This document shows, in pieces, positions 57,510 to 64,000 of a DNA stretch of 64,000 nt. The translations under genes were made by a program, and so were the position numbers. The notes beneath the pieces are model-generated. The model was not told where the DNA came from and did no database searches. It saw only the letters and a list, made by a program, of their open reading frames with translations. The stretch's first letter is position 1. Each line of letters begins with the position of its first letter. The stretch is from Squalus acanthias (lineage: Eukaryota): contig CM059431.1 in assembly GCA_030390025.1 (NCBI GenBank), forward strand, positions 149,980,001 to 150,044,000. Reading direction: 5' to 3'.

Positions 57510-60500
57510 CTGAAGGTGAGACGCTCGTTGAAATGGTTCCCTGAAGGTGAGACTCCCTCTTTAAAAGGGGTTCCTGATGCTGAGACTCCCTCTTTAATTG
57601 GAGTCCTTGATGCTGAAACACCCTCTTTAAAAGGCGTCCCTGATGGAGACACTCCCTCTTTAAAAGGGGTCCCTGATGGTGAGACTCTCTCTTTAAATGG
57701 TGTCCCTGATAGAAAGATTCTCTTTAAAAGGGGTCCCTGATACAAAAAGACTCCCACTTTAAAAAGGGACCTTGATAGAAAAACTGTCTCTTTAAATTAC
57801 TCTCTGATGGTGAGACGCTGTCTTTAAAAGGGGTCACTGATGGAGAAACTCTATTTAAAAAGTGTCCCTGATGCTGAAACACCCTCCTTAAATGGGGTCC
57901 CTGATGATGAGACTCCCTCTTTAAAAGGGGTCCCTGGTGGAGAGAATATCTCATAAAATGGTGTCCCTGATAGAAAGACTCTCTCTTTATAATGGATCCC
58001 CGAGGATGAGACAACATCTTTAAAATTGGTCCCTGATAGAAAAATCTCTTTAAAAGGAGTCCCTGATAGTAAGCCTTCCTCTTTAAAACGGTCCCTGATG
58101 GTGAGACTCCCTCTTTAAAATGGGTCACTGATGGTGAGACTCCCTCTTTAAAAGTGGTCCCTTATGGTGAGACTCACTCTTTAAAATGGATCCCTGATGG
58201 TGAGACTACCTCTTTGATTGGAATCCCTGATCCTGAAACACCCTCTTTAAAAAGTGTCCCTGATGCTGAAACACACTTTTTAAAAGGGTTCCCTAATTGG
58301 GAGAAACTCTCTTTAAAAGGGGTCCCTGATAGAAAGACTCTCTCTTTAAAAGAGGTCCCTGATGGTAAAGTTCCCTCTTTACAAGGGTCCCTGATGGTGA
58401 GACTCACTCTTCAATAGGTGTGCCTGATGGTGAGACTCCCTCTTTAAAAGCGTTCCCTGGTGGTGAGACTCACTCTTTAAAAGGGTGGCTCCCTGATTGA
58501 GAAACTATCTCTTTAAAAGCGTTCCCTGATGCTGAAACTCCCTCTATAAAAGGGATCCGTGATGGTGAGACTCCCTCTTTAAAAGGGATCCCCGATGGTG
58601 AGACTCCCTCTTTAAAATTGGTCCCTGGTGGAGAGACTCTCTCATGAAAAGTGGTCCCCGATGGGTATACTCCCTCTTTAAAAGGGGTCCTTGATGGCCA
58701 GTCTCTCTCTTTAAAAGTGTCCTTGATGGTGTGACTCCCTCTTTAAAAGGGGTCCCTGATGGTGAGACACCATCATTAAAACGGGTCTTTGATGGTGAGA
58801 TTCCCTGTTTAAATGGGATCCCTAATGGTGAGACTCTCTCTTTAAAAGGAGTCCCTGATGCTGAAACAGTCTCTTTAAAAGGGGTTCCTGATGGTGAGTC
58901 TCCCACTTTAAATGGGGTCCCTGAGGTAGAGACTATCTCTTTAAAATATTGTCGTAGTATTATGCAGCGCAGAAAGAGACCCTTCGGCCCAACGTGTCTG
59001 CGCCGGCCATCAAGCCCTATCTAATCTAATCCCATTTTCCAGCATATGGTCAGTAGATTTGTATGCTATGGCGTTTCAAATGCTCGTCTAAATGGTTCAT
59101 GATTGTTGTGAGGGTTCCTGCATCTACCAAACGTTCAGGCAGTGAGTTCCAAATTCCAACCACTCTCTGGGTGAATTTGTTTTCCCTCATATCCCCTCTA
59201 CACCTCCTGCCACTTAAATTGTAACTATTCCCCCTGGTTATTGAACCCTCTACTAAGGGGGAAAGTTCCTTTCTATCTACCCTATCTATGCCCCATATAA
59301 TTTTGTACACCTCAATCAGGTCCACCCTCAGCCACCTCTGCTCTAACGAAAACAATCCCAGCCTTTCCAGTCTCTCTTCATAGCTGAAACTTTCCAGCCC
59401 AGGTAACATCCTGGTGAATCTCCTCCGCACCCTCTCCAATGCAATCACATCCTTCCTATAGTGTGTCGACCAGAACTGCACACAGTTTTCCAGCTGAGGC
59501 CAAACTTGCATTATGTACAGCTCCATCATAACCTCCCTGCTCTTATATTCTATGCCTCGGCTAATGAATGCAAGTATCCCATATGCCTTCTTAACCAACT
59601 TATCTACCTATCCTGCTGCCGACAGGGATCTATGTACATGCATATCAAGTTTTCTCCGATCCTGTGTCCTTCCTAGAGTGCAACCATTCATAGTCTTTTC
59701 CCTTGCCTTGACAGTCCTACCAAAATGCATCACTTCACACTTTTCTGTGTTAAGTTCTATTTGCCAATGTTCTGCTCATCTGAGCAAACCGTCTATATCG
59801 TCCTGTAGCCTGAGGCTTCCCTCCTCGCTATTTACCACTCTACCAATTTTCGTGTCATCAGATAACTTACTGATCATGCCTCCTGCATTCATATCTAAAT
59901 CATTAATGTACACTACAAAAGGCAAAGGACCCAGCACCGATCACTGCGGTACAGCACTGGACACAGTCTTCCAGTCACAAAAACTACCTTCGACCATCAC
60001 CCTCTGCCTCCTGCTACGAAGCCAATGTTAGATCCAATGTGCCAAATTGCCCTGGAACCCTTGGGCTCTTACCTTCTTGATCAGTCTCCCATGCGGGACT
60101 TTGTCAAAAGCTTTACTAAAGTCCATGTAGATCACATCAACTGCACTTCCCTCATCTGCACATCTAGTCATCACCTCGAAAAATTAAATCATATTTGTCA
60201 GACATGATCTCCCCCTGACAAAGCCATGCTGACTATCCTTGATTAATCCTTGCCTCTCCAAGTCGAGACTAATTCGGTCCCTCAGAATGTTTTCCAATAA
60301 TTTCCCTACCACTGATGTAAGGCTCACTGGCCTGTAAATCCCTGGTTTATCCCTACTACACTTCTTGAATAATGGTACTATTTTAACTGTTCTCCAGTCC
60401 TCTGGCACCTCTCCTGTGGCCAGAGAGGTGCTGAAAATTTGTGTCAGAGCCCCTCCAATGTCCTCCATTGCCTCACACAGCAGCCTGGGATAACTCTCGT

Positions 60501-61032
60501 CTGGGCCTGGGGATTTATCCACTTTTAAGCCGCCAAAACCGCTAGTACCTCCTCCCTCTCTATACTAATTTGTTCAAGTTTATCAAAATAGCCCTGCTTG
60601 ATTTCTATGCCTACATTGTCCTTCTCCACAGTGAACACAGATACAAAATCTTCATTTAAATCCGCACCTACATCTTCCGGCTCCACACACAGATTGCCAC
60701 TTTGTTCCCTAACGGCCATACGCTTTCACTGGTTATCCTCTTGCCCTTAATATACTTATAAAACACCTTGGGATTTTTCTTTATTTTGCCTGCCAGTGTT
60801 TTTTCATGCCCCCTCTTCGCTCTCCTAATTTCTTTTTTAGGTACCCACCTGCACTTTCTATACTCCTCTAGGGCTTCCACTGTTTTTAGTCCTTTGTATC
60901 TGCCAAAAGCCACCCTTTTATTCCTAATCCATTCTTGTACATCCCTTGACATCCAGGGTTCCCTGGGCTTGTTGGTCCCACCCTTGACCTATACAGTAAC
61001 ATGTTGACGTTGTACTCTCTCTAGTTCCTTTC

Positions 61033-62119
61033 GATCGACAGCTCCGACGGGCCAAAGCGAAAAACCGCTTAGACCTCCTCAAAAGGCGAACATGGGACAC
61101 AACCAACAGAGTGCCCTACGTCGTCCAGTACTTCCCCGGAGTGGAGAAACTACGCCATGTTCTTCGCAGCCTTCAGCATGTCATCGATGACGATGAACAC
61201 CTTGCTGAGGCCATCCCCACGCCTCCACTACTCGCCTTCAAGCAGCCACCTAACCTCAAATGTACCATCGTTCGCAGCAAATTACCCAGCTGTCAAGAGA
61301 ACAGCGACCATGACACCACACAACCCTGCAACGGCAACCTCTGCAAGACATGCCAGATCATCAACAGAGATACCATCATCACACGTGAGGACACTATCCA
61401 CCAGGTACATGGTACATACTCATGTGACTCGGCCAATATTTTCTCCCTCATACGTTGCAGGAAAGAATGCACCGCGGCATGGTACATCGGCAAGACCATG
61501 CAGATACGGAGACAATGTATGAACGGACACCGCACACAATCGTCAGGCAGGATTGTTACCTCCCAGTCGGGGAACACTTCAGCAGTCAATGACATTCAGC
61601 CTCGGATCTGCGGTTTGCGTTCTCCAAGGCGGCCTTCGAGACACACGAAAACGCAAAATCATCGAGCAGAAACTTATAGCCAAGTTCCGCAACCATGAGG
61701 ACGGCCTCAATAGGGATCTCGGGTTCATGTCACGCTACAGAACGGGACTCGACATCATTGTCTGTTTTTCCAGTTTTTAAAAAGTCATCGTTGTCTGTTT
61801 TTCCAGTTTAAAAAAAAAGTTAAAAGCTAAACTGCAGACGGCAGCATTTGACACGTTGGACCCCCTGTGAACAACCTCATTGTCTCAGCTGTAATCTGAT
61901 GTGTATTTGATGTAATGCCTCCCTAACAGATTGTATCTCTGCAGACCTTTGTTTTCTGTATAGAATTACTGTGTAATAGATTCCCTCACTGTACTTGTAC
62001 CTGAAGAAGGAGCAGCGCTCCGAAAGCTCGTCATTTTAAATAAAACTGTTGGATTATAACCTGGTGTTCTGCGACTTCTCATTTTTGTCCACCCCAGTCC
62101 AACACGGGCATCTCCGCAT
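61033..62119 (+). mobile_element. 5'-truncated Penelope-like element (GIY-YIG endonuclease region plus terminal repeat)
   Basis: PLLAFKQPPNLK, PC..NLCKTC, YSCDSANI..LIRC....WYIGKT...MNGHR; imperfect TSD tagttcctttc/tatttcctttc. Confidence 0.92.
61998..62032 (+). ncRNA. Minimal type I hammerhead ribozyme motif in the Penelope terminal repeat
   Basis: tac CTGAAGA a ggagc agc gctcc GAAA gct c gtc. Confidence 0.7.
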
Positions 62120-64000
62120 TATTTCCTTTCTGAAAGACTCCCACTGCTCTGATGTGGATTTTCCTACAAGTAGCTGATCCCAGTCCACTTTGGCCAGATC
62201 TTGCCTTATCATATTCAAATCGACCATCCCCCAATTTAGAACATTTATTTCCGGTCCATCTTTGTCCTTTTCCATGACTACCCAAAATCTCACCGAATTA
62301 TGGTCACTGTCACCATAATGCTCTCCTACTGACACTTCTCCCACTTGCCCGGCTACATTACATAGAATTAGGTCCAGTACCGCCCCCTCTCTTGCAGGAT
62401 TTTCTACATGCTGGCTCAAAAAGCAATCCTGGATGCACTTTAAGAATTCCACACCCTCCAAGCCTTTCACACTCTGCCTATCCCAGGTAATATTGGGGAA
62501 GTTGAAATCCCTTACTATTATTACCCTATTATTTCTACACTTCTCTGAGATTTGCCTACATATCTGTTCCTATATCTCCCCCTGACTATTTGGGTGCCTA
62601 TAGAACACTCCCAGCAAAGTGCTTGCCCCCTTTTTGTTTTTAAGTTCTAACCTTATGCCCTCATTAGAGGAACCTGCTAAGATATCATCCCTCCTTATAC
62701 CAGTAATTGACTCCTTGATTAATATTGCGCACCCCCTAATCTTGAACACGCCCCTCTATCTCGCCTGAAGAATCTATACCCCGGAATATTGAGTTGCCAG
62801 TCCTGCCCCTCCCTCAACCATGACTCTGTGATAGCAACAATATCATAGTCCCATGTGTTCATCAACACCTTCAATTCATCTGCTTTACTCGCAAGACTAT
62901 TTGCATTAAAATAAATGCCATCCAGCCTTGCCATACTCCCTTTTGCCGTTATATATTTGCTCTGCCTTCCAGGCTGACTTGTTTTTTCCTCTATATTTGG
63001 CTGTGCATCACCCCCTACTATAGCTCCACTCCGTATCCCAAGCCCTGCCAAGTTAGTTTAACCTCCTCCAAACCCGCTAACAGGACTAGCATACCGCCCC
63101 TTAAGGATGTTGGTCCCATTCCGGTTCTGGTGCAACCCGTTCGACTTGTTTAGGTCACACCTTCCCCAGAAGCAGAACAGTGATCCAGGAAACTAAAGCC
63201 CTCCCTCCTGCACCAACTCTTTAGCCACGCATTCTTCTGTTCTATCCTCCTATTCCTATACTCATTAGCACGTGGCACCGGATGTAATCCAGAGATTACA
63301 ACCTTTGAGTTCCTGATTTTTAATTTGATTCCTAGCTCCCTAAATTCTTGTTGCAGGACCTCATCCCTTTTTCTAGCCATGTCGTTGGTACCAATGTGAA
63401 CCACGACCTCTGAGTATTCGCCCTCCCCCTTCAGAAAGCCCTGCAGCCGTTCAGTGGCATCCTTGACCCTGGCAACAGGGAAGCAACATACCATCGTGGG
63501 GTCAGGTCTGCGGACACAGAAACCTCTATCTGTTCCCCTTACGATAGTATCCCCTATCACTATGGTTATCCCACTCTTTTTCCCCCCCTCCTGTGCAGCT
63601 GAGCCACTCGTAGTGCCACGGACTTGACTCTTGCTGCATTCCCCTGAGAAACTATCTCCCCCAGCCGTATCCAAAACGGAAACACTGTTGGAGAGGGATA
63701 TGGACCCAGGGGACTCCTGCACTACCTTCCCAGTTCTTTTAATGTGTCTGGCGATCACCCACTCCCTGTCTGCCTGTGCACTCTTTACCTGCGGTGTGAC
63801 CACCTTGTTAAACGTGCTATCCATGTAGATCTCAGCCTCGCGGATGGTCCACACTGACTCCAGCCGCAGCTCCATATCAGAAACGCGGATTTCGAGTAGC
63901 TGCAGCTGGAGACACTTCATGCAGATGTGTTCGCCTTGGACAGCAAAAGTGTTGCTGACTTCCAACATAGGAGGAGCACTCCACGCTGCCGAGCTGCCCT

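Larger units (their letters stand above)
46496..58945. repeat. 33-bp satellite (aaaaggggtccctgatggtgagactccctcttt), ~9 kb net, interrupted by CR1s (49370-52770) and a solo LTR
   Basis: 11-aa periodic ORFs (KGVPDGETPSL); TTTAAA every ~33 bp. Confidence 0.97.
58955..64000 (-). mobile_element. Near full-length CR1 LINE (third subfamily), interrupted by Penelope at 61033-62119
   Basis: ORF1 63150-63968 (CMKCLQLQLL, GDTIVRG, VHIGTND); ORF2 fragments AITESWL, DKSPGPD, ERVRRRFTRMLPG. Confidence 0.95.

Noticed and set aside
46496..58945. CRISPR-like or collagen-like reading of the 33-bp repeats (KGVPDGETPSL ORFs)
   Set aside because: Head-to-tail units with no unique spacers, no cas genes, frequent frameshifts, no Gly-X-Y period, and a eukaryotic context.
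59513..60031. 172-aa plus-strand ORF (and similar ones at 43226 and 36784)
   Set aside because: Antisense frames of CR1 ORF2.

Overview
Vertebrate genomic DNA, most likely from a cartilaginous fish (shark). This is inferred from the CR1/RTE/Penelope repeat set, a SacSINE1-like DeuSINE and a shark-type GPR139-like receptor. Most of the window is repeats: decayed CR1-group LINEs (three near full length), an RTE LINE, Penelope-like fragments, SINEs, a solo LTR, and several mini- and microsatellite arrays. Two loci stand out. (1) An apparently intact 4.6-kb two-gene PIF/Harbinger transposon at 10137-14744, with TIRs, an ATT target duplication, a spliced Myb/SANT-like gene and a convergent 383-aa DDE transposase; non-autonomous relatives lie nearby. 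(2) A two-exon GPR139-like GPCR (exon 1 about 16342-16636, exon 2 28638-29538) disabled by a nonsense codon and a frameshift. Its 12-kb intron holds two more exon-1-like cassettes with same-phase GTAAGT donors, hinting at a variable-first-exon receptor architecture. Three minimal hammerhead-ribozyme motifs occur in Penelope terminal repeats, one as a 93-bp TSD-flanked insertion. Everything was read by eye, so boundaries of decayed repeats are approximate (tens of bp).
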